Source of the DNA: an uncultured Oscillospiraceae bacterium
GTDB lineage: Bacteria; Bacillota; Clostridia; Oscillospirales; Acutalibacteraceae
Assembly (NCBI GenBank): GCA_900544515.1
Contig: UQVI01000001.1
Coordinates: 1 to 44,827, forward strand
DNA: 44,827 bases
Direction: 5' to 3'
In this document: in pieces, positions 20,835 through 29,372 of the stretch
Numbering within the stretch: the first letter of the stretch is position 1
Layout of the letters: every line of letters starts with the position of its first letter
Notes under the pieces: generated by a model
Database searches by the model: none
Told to the model about the DNA's origin: nothing
Seen by the model: only the letters and a program-made list of their open reading frames with translations
Translations under genes and position numbers: made by a program

Positions 20835-21785
20835 ATGAAGCTTTCATTTGTTGTTCCGTGTTATAATGAAGCAGATAATGTAAAACCATTTGCCGAAGAG
20901 ATATTCAGAAGTTTTCCAGTTACTGAGGATTATGAGATTATATTTGTGAACGACGGTAGTGCAGATAATACCTTTGAAAATTTAAAGGAAGTTAAAAAAA
21001 TCAGTCCCTGCAATATTAAAATCATTGATTTTTCAAGGAATTTCGGTAAAGAGTCTGCAATGTATGCAGGACTTCAGAATGCCTGCGGCGAGCTGGTTTC
21101 CATTATAGATGCTGATTTGCAGCAGGATCCTGCCATAGTTAAAAAAATGATTGAAATGCTTGACTCCAATCCGAATGTCGATTGCATTTGTGCCTGTCAG
21201 GAGGACAGGCATGAGGGTAAATTTACAACAGCGTGCAAAAACGCTTTTTACAAATTTGCTGATAAATTTACGGAAATTTCCTTTAAAAGTGGTGCGTCGG
21301 ATTTCAGAACATTCAGAAAAAGTGTTCGTGATGCTCTGCTTTCAATGGGTGAATTTCACCGTTTTTCAAAAGGGCTTTTCAGTTGGATCGGATTTAATAC
21401 CGTTTATATTCCGTATACTGCAAAGGAGCGTCAGGCAGGCAAAAGCAGTTTTAATTTTATCAAGCTGTTGAAGTATGCATTTGAGGGAATTATCGCGTTT
21501 TCAACCGCACCCCTTAAATTTGCATCTGTATTAGGATCATTTGCAACACTGTTTAGTCTTATATATGCAGTTATAACAATTATCAGGAAACTGGTCAGCC
21601 ACATTAATGTTGACGGCTTTACCCAGCTTGTTATTCTTATCACTTTTATCGGTGGTATTCAGCTGTTTACCATTGGAATTATTGGTGAATATCTTGCCCG
21701 CAATTATATTCAGACAAAGAACAGACCCATTTATATTGCAAAAGAAGTTATAAGTTATGAGGATAATTTGGATTTGAATCATTGA
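20835..21785 (+). CDS. GT2 polyprenol-phosphate glycosyltransferase (GtrB/YkoT-like)
   Basis: VVPCYNE, VNDGS, FSRNFGKE, IDADLQ, RFSKGLFSWIGF, two C-terminal TMs, GEYLAR..RPIY. Confidence 0.92.
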   Translation: MKLSFVVPCYNEADNVKPFAEEIFRSFPVTEDYEIIFVNDGSADNTFENLKEVKKISPCNIKIIDFSRNFGKESAMYAGLQNACGELVSIIDADLQQDPAIVKKMIEMLDSNPNVDCICACQEDRHEGKFTTACKNAFYKFADKFTEISFKSGASDFRTFRKSVRDALLSMGEFHRFSKGLFSWIGFNTVYIPYTAKERQAGKSSFNFIKLLKYAFEGIIAFSTAPLKFASVLGSFATLFSLIYAVITIIRKLVSHINVDGFTQLVILITFIGGIQLFTIGIIGEYLARNYIQTKNRPIYIAKEVISYEDNLDLNH

Positions 21786-21811
21786 TCTTTATTTCTGATT
21801 ATTTCTTTGTC

Positions 21812-21840
21812 TTGACAATGAAACAAAGCGGTGATAGAAT
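21812..21840 (+). promoter_or_regulatory. Sigma-A promoter of the cobalamin riboswitch operon
   Basis: TTGACA-17-TAGAAT with extended -10 TG. Confidence 0.8.
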
Positions 21841-21859
21841 ATAAAAAAATTAAATACAT

Positions 21860-22017
21860 CTGTTTTTCGGTGTTGCTCTTTGAAGCATTCAAGGGGAAGT
21901 TCGGTGAAAATCCGTCGCAACCGCCATTACCGTAATTTGGGATTCATATCTCACTAAGTCGGAATTCCTGCCGGAAAACAGGGTTAACCTGTATACACTT
22001 TTGGGTAAGGAAGAGTG
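21860..22017 (+). ncRNA. Cobalamin riboswitch (compact form)
   Basis: Closing stem CTGTTTTTCGG/CCGGAAAACAG; AAGGGGAA, CGGTGAAAATCCG, GCAACCGCCATTACCGTAA, B12 box AAGTCGGAATTCCTGCC; P13-like hairpin 21996-22017. Confidence 0.88.
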
Positions 22018-22087
22018 CAACCGTTTTATGTAAGTACCGAAGGACAGTTGCATTCTTTTGGCTTTTTTGCTTGCAAAAAATTATGTT

Positions 22088-22126
22088 GCACATTTTTACA
22101 TTTTGTAGAAATGTGCTTTTTTATTT
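22088..22126 (+). terminator. Riboswitch-controlled intrinsic terminator
   Basis: GCACATTTTTACA-TTT-TGTAGAAATGTGC followed by TTTTTTATTT. Confidence 0.8.
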
Positions 22127-22140
22127 GTGGGAGATAAAAA

Positions 22141-22410
22141 ATGAGCAGCAGAATTACAAGAGAAGATTGTATCCTTCTGATACAGCAAAAAACAAATGAA
22201 CTCGGACGTTTTCCTAAAAAGTCTGATTTTGATAATGAAACCGTAAGTATGATTAAATCATACTTCAAAGCCTGGCCGAGAGCGTTGGAAGCTGCCGGAA
22301 TTAAAGAGCCCAATTTTAAAAGAATTGAGCAAAAACGGGAGAAGAGACGCCGCGCTAAGGAAAATCAGATCAGGTACAGAAAAGCACATTCTAAGGAGGA
22401 AAATCAATAA
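22141..22410 (+). CDS. Small basic protein with one homing-endonuclease-associated-repeat-like unit
   Basis: ELGRFPKKSDF...YFKAWPRALEAAGI resembles the LGRxP...FGsWxxALxaAG repeat; GGGAG SD; TAATG coupling to the next gene. Confidence 0.7.
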   Translation: MSSRITREDCILLIQQKTNELGRFPKKSDFDNETVSMIKSYFKAWPRALEAAGIKEPNFKRIEQKREKRRRAKENQIRYRKAHSKEENQ

Positions 22411-25400
22411 TGAAAAAAAGAGTATTATCATTCATACTGGCTGTGGTATTGATAACCTCAATACTGCCGGCGTTTCCTGCTCTGGCCGGTACAGCGTGGG
22501 ATGGCAGTTCAAAGTCAGAGCCGCAGCAGATTGACGGAGTATATCAAATCTCTGACAGTGCACAGCTTGCCTGGTTTGCTGAAAAATCAAAAACGCAGTC
22601 TGATATCAATGCCGTTTTGACAGATGATATTGATCTCGGCGGCAAGGAATGGACACCTATAGGTATGGCTGCAAGCGGATATGTAACTGAATCCTATTCA
22701 GGTACATTTGACGGTCAGGGTCATACCGTGTCAGGCTTGTATATAAATACAAGCAGTGCCTTTTATGGATTTTTTTATTGTGTTTACGGCGGAACAGTGA
22801 AAAACTTAAATGTAATCGGTGATGTTACCACGACTAAAAATACTGCAGGCGGTATTGTAGGAAAGCTTCAGGGGGGAACGGTTGAAAATTGTTCCTTTGA
22901 CGGCAGTGTTAAGGCAAACGGAAATTATGTTGGCGGAATAGTTGCTAATATTGTTACAAACAGCAAAGCCGCATCTGTAATTACCGGCTGCTGTAATTCA
23001 GGAGAGATAAGCGGTAAATATGCCGGAGGAATTCTTGGCTACACCACTGCAAAGGCAGATATAAACAATTGCTATAACACAGGTACAATTAATGGTACAA
23101 CACGCAGTGCCGGTATTTCAGGGCAGCAGACAGCAGGCGCAATAAGCTATTGCTATAATATCGGCAACAGTGCAAGCGGTATCAGTGGCTTCAGTAATGC
23201 TGCCATAACAAACTGCTATTATTTAAATGATGAAACAGCAGCTCCCGGCGGAACAGCCACAGGATATGAAAAGATTACAGATAAAGCAATTTTACTTGAG
23301 AATCTGAACGCAGGAGAAAGTAAGCTTTTTTGTGAGGATATCGGAAATAAAAACAATGGTTATCCTGTTCTGAACTGGCAAAATAAATTATCTCCTGAGG
23401 AAGAGGCTGAAGAACAGAGAAAAAGAGAAAATGCTGAGAAGGTAAAGCAGGCTGTTGAAGCACTTTCTTTGGAAGCACAGACAATAAAGGAAGAATGTAC
23501 ATTAAATCTTCCGTCACAAATCGGTGACTGTACAGTTGAATGGTCAAGTGATAATACCGATATCATTTCCGATGCCGGCATGGTCATTCTCCCTGAAAAA
23601 AATATCGTAACGGTCACACTCACTGCGACTGTTACCTGTGATACTGCAAGCGACAGCAAAAAATTCACCATAAATGTATGGTCAGAAAATATAGATGCAG
23701 ATTTGTATCTGCAGACTGTGCTTGATGCAATGCAGTGGAATTTTAAACAGCTTCAGCCTGTTTACGGTGAAGATACAAATATTATTTTTAAATTTCAGAA
23801 CCTTCTGAAGAGCAAGGGCTTTGACGGTGTAACGGTTAGTATCAAATCCACCTCTGATAAAAGTCTGATTTCTGAAAATGGAAAAATATATTATCCTGTT
23901 AATACAGATAACAGTTACGCAAATGGAAAGCAGGTGCAGGTACAGTTTAATCTGACTGTCGGTGATAAAACAGTTGTATATCCTGATTCGGATATCAATT
24001 CGTTGTTTATTCCCTGGAATACAAGCGATGTAAAAAAAGCGTTGGAAAGCTCTGCCGATACTGTATTAAATGAAAATGAAATCTGTAACGGCAATGGTTC
24101 ACTTGACTTCGTTTTGTCAGATTTGAATCTGCCCTCCTGCATAAGAGGTGATAAATATTCCTTTGCATGGATAACTTGGGAAAGCTCGGACAATACACAC
24201 CTTGCAATAAGCGACGAAAACCGACAGGGCAGTGCGGATGCCTTGTATAATCCATATGTGGGTAAGGTTTATCAGGACAGTCAGCAGCATACTGTTGTAC
24301 TGACAGCAACAATTACAAATCCTTCAACAGATGTTACAGTGAAAAGAGTGTTCGAGGTTACAGTCAATCCGCTGACTGATGAAGAGCTTAATCAGAGCCT
24401 TGATATGATGAAGAAAATTCTGAATTGTTACACTGCCGATAAGCTTGAAAACTTTGCGACAAAGAAAAAGCTGAATATAAATGCTGTTGACAGTGATATT
24501 CAGCTTGTTATTCCAAGCAGGGTTGTAACGGCAGATGAGCTGGAGGCACTGGACTATGGTAAATACTGGGATTACTGGAACTATAAATTTTCCGTCACAA
24601 GCTCAGATACAAGTGTAATTGAGATTAACAGCTTCAGAGCATATGTCTACAGACCACTGGGAGAGGATAGCTCTGCGGATAAAAACATAACGCTCACAGT
24701 GAAAATGGAGAGCAAGCAGAATCCGAATCTTTTTGTAACAAAGGATATTTCGGTTACGATCAAACACCTAAGTCGTGAGGATATCAATAATGCACTCGAT
24801 TTAATGGATCAGGCAAAGACAGGTTATGCTGCCGGTCTGCTTGGTAATAATACGGATTTATACAGTGTTATTGATGATTTAACTCCATATAAGGAAATTG
24901 TCTGGAATCATGATAAATCAGGTGTTGATTTTGTATACCGCCATTCCGACATAAAGGGCAGCGGAATCATTGTGGATGAACTGCCCGGCTGGGAGGAGCA
25001 GGAGGATTGGAGATTATTCCGCACCAGCAATAAGGATTTGGTTTCCAACGAGACACTGATTCTAAATCAGACACCTGACGAGGATACCTTTGTAAAAATC
25101 AACAGTGTGCTTACGGACGAAGCACTCGGTAAATACTATACGAAATTCTGCAATGACAAAAATTATGATGCAGAGGCACTGGCAAAGTTCAGACAGCTTT
25201 ATAAACAGCCTGTAAGTGCATATGTAATGGTTGTGGGTGCAGGCGGTTATACTGACAGCTTTGCAGCTATGCCTGAAACACTTAAGGCAGCTTCGTACAG
25301 TGCAAAATTATCTGCATTCAAAACGGAGCTGGATAAGCCTATCCGTGTAACCTTTACCCTTTTGGGACTTGACGGTGTGCCGATGATTTCCAAAACAACA

Positions 25401-26147
25401 GAGGATTCATTTACGAAGGGTGCAACTGTTTTTGATATATTTAAAAAGGTTCTTTCAGATAATAATATGTTTTATGTATCAAAGGGCAGTTATATTTCAT
25501 CCATAAACGGTCTTGCAGAAAAGGACTACGGCAGCAGTTCCGGCTGGATGTATACCGTAGGAAATGTTTTTGTGAATTCCTATATGAATGCGCAGGAGCT
25601 TTCAGGCGGCGAAGATATTGTTGTTATGTATGTGAGGGATTATAAGGATGCCAACAAGCAGCTTGATAACAATAATAGCAATAATAACAACAATAATAAC
25701 GTCAATAACAGTAATAACGCACAGAATACAGATAAGAATACCATAGGGAATGAGAAGCCTGCTGAGAATCAGAGCTCACAGAACAAGCAGAACACAAACC
25801 AGTCAGGTAGCAGTAATCGTTCCGATAATGTTGTAAATAACAGCACAAATAAAAGCAGTGTTACTGCCAATACAAATGGAAGCAAAGCAGGTGATACTGC
25901 CAAGCAGAATCAGAACATTGTAAAAACAGAAGGCGATAATCCTTCAAATCAAAATGAAAACAGCAATTCAGATGCTTTGGATAAGAACGTAAAAGACAGT
26001 CAAGAGAAGAACAGTACTCAGGATAATACTCCTGAAAAGGCAAGCAATAAGCTGCCGATTATTATCGGAGCAGCTGCAGCGATTCTTCTGCTCGCACTGA
26101 TTGTAATTTTCATTGTATTGAAAAAACGTAAGGACAGTGATAAATAA
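22410..26147 (+). CDS. Large cell-surface protein: signal peptide, GLUG-like repeats, Ig-like modules, DUF4430/transcobalamin-like domain, Asn-rich linker, C-terminal TM anchor
   Basis: MKKRVLS signal; YSGTFDGQGHTVSGL and GGIVG repeats; LP...WSSDN...LTATVT Ig modules; YISSINGLAEKDYGSSSGWMYTV; TM followed by KKRK. Confidence 0.82.
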   Translation: MKKRVLSFILAVVLITSILPAFPALAGTAWDGSSKSEPQQIDGVYQISDSAQLAWFAEKSKTQSDINAVLTDDIDLGGKEWTPIGMAASGYVTESYSGTFDGQGHTVSGLYINTSSAFYGFFYCVYGGTVKNLNVIGDVTTTKNTAGGIVGKLQGGTVENCSFDGSVKANGNYVGGIVANIVTNSKAASVITGCCNSGEISGKYAGGILGYTTAKADINNCYNTGTINGTTRSAGISGQQTAGAISYCYNIGNSASGISGFSNAAITNCYYLNDETAAPGGTATGYEKITDKAILLENLNAGESKLFCEDIGNKNNGYPVLNWQNKLSPEEEAEEQRKRENAEKVKQAVEALSLEAQTIKEECTLNLPSQIGDCTVEWSSDNTDIISDAGMVILPEKNIVTVTLTATVTCDTASDSKKFTINVWSENIDADLYLQTVLDAMQWNFKQLQPVYGEDTNIIFKFQNLLKSKGFDGVTVSIKSTSDKSLISENGKIYYPVNTDNSYANGKQVQVQFNLTVGDKTVVYPDSDINSLFIPWNTSDVKKALESSADTVLNENEICNGNGSLDFVLSDLNLPSCIRGDKYSFAWITWESSDNTHLAISDENRQGSADALYNPYVGKVYQDSQQHTVVLTATITNPSTDVTVKRVFEVTVNPLTDEELNQSLDMMKKILNCYTADKLENFATKKKLNINAVDSDIQLVIPSRVVTADELEALDYGKYWDYWNYKFSVTSSDTSVIEINSFRAYVYRPLGEDSSADKNITLTVKMESKQNPNLFVTKDISVTIKHLSREDINNALDLMDQAKTGYAAGLLGNNTDLYSVIDDLTPYKEIVWNHDKSGVDFVYRHSDIKGSGIIVDELPGWEEQEDWRLFRTSNKDLVSNETLILNQTPDEDTFVKINSVLTDEALGKYYTKFCNDKNYDAEALAKFRQLYKQPVSAYVMVVGAGGYTDSFAAMPETLKAASYSAKLSAFKTELDKPIRVTFTLLGLDGVPMISKTTEDSFTKGATVFDIFKKVLSDNNMFYVSKGSYISSINGLAEKDYGSSSGWMYTVGNVFVNSYMNAQELSGGEDIVVMYVRDYKDANKQLDNNNSNNNNNNNVNNSNNAQNTDKNTIGNEKPAENQSSQNKQNTNQSGSSNRSDNVVNNSTNKSSVTANTNGSKAGDTAKQNQNIVKTEGDNPSNQNENSNSDALDKNVKDSQEKNSTQDNTPEKASNKLPIIIGAAAAILLLALIVIFIVLKKRKDSDK

Positions 26148-26199
26148 TTAATTAAAATACAGCAGGGAAAGCATATCTTATCTCTGCTGCATTTTATTA

Positions 26200-26228
26200 T
26201 TGATATTTGACTTCGTTTGTAGTATAAT
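26200..26228 (+). promoter_or_regulatory. Sigma-A promoter of fba
   Basis: TTGATA-17-TATAAT. Confidence 0.65.
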
Positions 26229-26267
26229 ATCCAAGTAAAAAATTAATTTTATATAGGAGATGTAATT

Positions 26268-27209
26268 ATGCCATTAGTTACTACTACTGAAATGTTCAAA
26301 AAGGCATACGAGGGCGGTTACGCTATCGGTGCTTTCAATGTAAACAATATGGAGATTGTTCAGGGTATCACCCGTGCAGCAAAGAAGCTTAATGCTCCTG
26401 TAATTCTCCAGTGCTCAGCAGGTGCAAGAAAGTATGCATCACACGATTACCTTGTTGCTATGGTAAAGGCTGCTGCTGAGGAGACAGATCTTCCAATCGC
26501 TCTTCACCTTGATCACGGTCCTGATTTTGAGACTTGTAAGTCTTGTATTGACGGCGGCTTCACATCGGTTATGATTGACGGCTCATCTCTTCCTTATGAG
26601 GAGAATGTGGCTCTTACAAAGAAGGTTGTTGAGTATGCACATGCTCACGGCTGTGTTGTTGAGGGTGAGCTCGGTACTCTCGCAGGTGTTGAGGATGATG
26701 TTCAGGTTGACGCTGAGGATGCATCTTACACAAAGCCTGAAGAGGTTTATGATTTCGTAACAAGAACAGGTGTTGATTCACTTGCAATTGCTATCGGTAC
26801 AAGCCACGGTGCTTACAAGTTCAAGCCTGGTCAGAAGCCACAGCTCAGATTTGACATTCTTGAAGAGGTTGGCAAGAAGCTTCCTGGTTTCCCAATCGTT
26901 CTTCACGGTGCTTCATCCGTTAATCAGGAGCACATCAAGATGATTAATCAGTACGGCGGTGAGATGCCTGATGCTATCGGTATTCCTGAGGAAATGCTCA
27001 GAGAGGCTGCATCAATGGCTGTTTGTAAGATTAATGTTGACTCTGATATCCGTATCGCAATGACAGCTGCTGTAAGAAAGCACTTTGCTGAAAATCCAAC
27101 ACACTTTGACCCTCGTCAGTATCTTACTCCTGCAAGAGAGCTTATTGAAGAGGTTGTTGCTCATAAGATTGATGTTGTATTCGGTGCAGCAGGTCACGCT
27201 AATGACTAA
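26268..27209 (+). CDS. fba: Class II fructose-1,6-bisphosphate aldolase
   Basis: GAFNVNNME, LHLDHG, VMIDGS, AIGTSHGAYK, VLHGAS, FDPRQYL; strongly biased codon usage. Confidence 0.96.
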   Translation: MPLVTTTEMFKKAYEGGYAIGAFNVNNMEIVQGITRAAKKLNAPVILQCSAGARKYASHDYLVAMVKAAAEETDLPIALHLDHGPDFETCKSCIDGGFTSVMIDGSSLPYEENVALTKKVVEYAHAHGCVVEGELGTLAGVEDDVQVDAEDASYTKPEEVYDFVTRTGVDSLAIAIGTSHGAYKFKPGQKPQLRFDILEEVGKKLPGFPIVLHGASSVNQEHIKMINQYGGEMPDAIGIPEEMLREAASMAVCKINVDSDIRIAMTAAVRKHFAENPTHFDPRQYLTPARELIEEVVAHKIDVVFGAAGHAND

Positions 27210-27228
27210 TTAAAATAATAAGATGAAG

Positions 27229-27273
27229 CAAAATAATCCAAAGGACATATTGTCCTTTGGATTATTTTGTTTT
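27229..27273. terminator. Bidirectional terminator between convergent genes
   Basis: 19-bp perfect stem CAAAATAATCCAAAGGACA/TGTCCTTTGGATTATTTTG. Confidence 0.85.
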
Positions 27274-27277
27274 GCAG

Positions 27278-27670
27278 TTATATTAATTTTTCTATTTCAC
27301 TGATGATTAAGTGGTTGATATGTCTGCTCAGTGCGGTCTGAAAAATCCATATAATTGACGGCAGTAAAAAGATTACAATTATAGCAGGTACACTGAATTT
27401 ATCCAGGACAATACCGACTATGCCTATTGCCCAGAAAAACAGTGTAAATAAAACAGAAACCGCAATCAAGGATATGCTGGGCAGAATATCAATTTCTACC
27501 TTTTTATCGGATTGTTTTATCAGATTTATTTTCGGATTTGCAAACAGAGTGAATGCTCCGTTGTATCTTGCACTTAGTCCTGAAATGCTTTTCTTGCAGG
27601 TGAACATTCTGTTTTTATTGATTTTTTCAAAAAATACTTCCGCGCTTTCAACGTCTGTTGTATATTTCAA
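27278..27670 (-). CDS. Hypothetical membrane protein (two C-terminal TMs)
   Basis: 130-aa ORF, TTG start overlapping the upstream stop by 4 nt. Confidence 0.6.
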   Translation of the reverse strand: MKYTTDVESAEVFFEKINKNRMFTCKKSISGLSARYNGAFTLFANPKINLIKQSDKKVEIDILPSISLIAVSVLFTLFFWAIGIVGIVLDKFSVPAIIVIFLLPSIIWIFQTALSRHINHLIISEIEKLI

Positions 27671-28392
27671 TTTTCCAATTCCTTTTTTATGTAATCGCAG
27701 TAAAGCCTGATGATATCAATATCCGTTTTTTCATAGATCATTCTTGCGCCCACAGTGTCCTCAATTTCATTAAACACAAGCTGTTCGCTATGAAACAGAA
27801 AGTCAATACCTATGTAATCACTGTTTGTCAGGCTGATTACTTTTTTCACCAGCGTCTTTTCCGTATCACTCAGATGATATATTGTGGCGCTTCCTCCGAG
27901 ACAAAAGTTGGAGCGGAAGTCCGTTTCACTCTCACGCAGAATGGCGGCAATGATTTCTCCGCCGATTGCCCATACTCTCAAATCCTTTCCTAAGGTGTCG
28001 CAGGGCATCTGATAAACATAATTTTTTTCAAAGGGCTCAGCCTTGTCAAGCAGAACAACACCCTGACCGCCGTGACCGTCGACCGGCTTTTTTACAACAG
28101 GGGTTTTGGTATAATCAATCGGCATAATCGGAATACCATTCTGTGCCATAAATTCATAGCAGTATTGTTTGTCATTTGCAAGTCTTGAAAGTTTTGAAGA
28201 ATTGAAGACTCTTATTCCTTTTTTCTCAAAATATTTGCCGATTTTATAATCGTTTGTTCGGTTTACCACAAAGTCGGTATTCCCTCTGAAATCAGGATTT
28301 ACTAAATCAATGTTCAGATTTTCCTTGAATTTTTTTATAGCAAAGGCGTTGCGTACCGCCTCTTTTTCCGAATATATGAGTACACCTTTCAT
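27667..28392 (-). CDS. RimK-like ATP-grasp ligase (short)
   Basis: NDK, VKKPVDGHGGQGV, DLRVW, DFRSNFCLGG, GIDFL, FNEIE. Confidence 0.85.
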   Translation of the reverse strand: MKGVLIYSEKEAVRNAFAIKKFKENLNIDLVNPDFRGNTDFVVNRTNDYKIGKYFEKKGIRVFNSSKLSRLANDKQYCYEFMAQNGIPIMPIDYTKTPVVKKPVDGHGGQGVVLLDKAEPFEKNYVYQMPCDTLGKDLRVWAIGGEIIAAILRESETDFRSNFCLGGSATIYHLSDTEKTLVKKVISLTNSDYIGIDFLFHSEQLVFNEIEDTVGARMIYEKTDIDIIRLYCDYIKKELEN

Positions 28393-29207
28393 CTAATTTT
28401 CTCCGTGATTTCATTGAAAATAATCGGTGCAATATCCAGTCCCGTGCAGTTCATTATATTGATGATGTGTGCATTTGAGTTTACTTCACACACCATACCA
28501 TTTTCAAGAATATCAACACCGCCAAAGGTGAGACCAAGCGTATTGCAGGCAGTGACCGCCGTTTCAATTTCTGCTGCCGTCGGCTCGTAAGGACACATTG
28601 TGCCTCCGTTTGTAACATTTGAACGAAAATCATTTTCATTTATCCTCTTTACAGCACTCACACATTTGCCGCCGACGATTTCAAGCCTTGCATCCCTGCC
28701 TGCACATTCTGTTATAAAGTCCTGTAATATAAAAGGCTTTTCGGTGATATGCTGCATAATTTCATCAAAGCTATGGCACAGGTGAACCTGCTCTCCGAAG
28801 GAGCCGAAGCATTCCTTGAAAACCAAAGGCAGACCGAGAAGGTCAATGGATTTTGTAACAAATTCGCTCATATCAGCCTTAAAAAAGCATTTGGGTGCTA
28901 TAAGCGTTTTCGGCTGAGGTACAATGCCCTCAAGCGCAATATAAGTCCTTGCCTTGTCGTCGCAGAGTGCAATAGCACGTGAAGAGTTGAAAACGGGCAG
29001 TCCTTCCTTTTCAAGCCGTTTTGCCAGATTGATATCCTTGTCCCAAAAGAGAACAAAATCAGCCTGTGCACGTTCAGTGGCAAGCTCAAGATTGGTTTTC
29101 ATTGTCAGTTTGATATTCATCTGTTTTGCAGATGATATAAGATGACGATGCAGTTCGTTAAATTTACTGCTGTTTAAAAAGTGGTTAACTACTAAAATTC
29201 CGTTCAT
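28389..29207 (-). CDS. RimK-family alpha-L-glutamate ligase-like ATP-grasp protein
   Basis: CDDKARTY, PLVFKECFGSFGEQV, DFRSNVTNGG, GGVDIL, CEVNSN; start moved to ATG 29207 behind GGAGA. Confidence 0.88.
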   Translation of the reverse strand: MNGILVVNHFLNSSKFNELHRHLISSAKQMNIKLTMKTNLELATERAQADFVLFWDKDINLAKRLEKEGLPVFNSSRAIALCDDKARTYIALEGIVPQPKTLIAPKCFFKADMSEFVTKSIDLLGLPLVFKECFGSFGEQVHLCHSFDEIMQHITEKPFILQDFITECAGRDARLEIVGGKCVSAVKRINENDFRSNVTNGGTMCPYEPTAAEIETAVTACNTLGLTFGGVDILENGMVCEVNSNAHIINIMNCTGLDIAPIIFNEITEKIR

Positions 29208-29372
29208 TTTTTTATCTCCATTGAACATAGCAAAACAAGGTCTAAATCAACAGATTTTAGGCTATTGGGTTTGACTCTTTTTTTGCTATTGTAACATTTC
29301 GCCTTGCTTTTTTCAATGTAATCGTATAAAATAACAATATTAAAAGTTATAGGATTAACGGAGGATAAGAAT

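Noticed and set aside
22141..22410. Active homing endonuclease or intron
   Set aside because: No HNH, GIY-YIG or LAGLIDADG catalytic motif and no interrupted host gene
27667..29207. Graspetide (ATP-grasp RiPP) cluster
   Set aside because: No precursor peptide with repeated core motifs and no transporter or peptidase nearby
29229..29372. ZMP/ZTP (pfl) riboswitch expected upstream of purH
   Set aside because: The region is short and AT-rich with no pfl consensus visible
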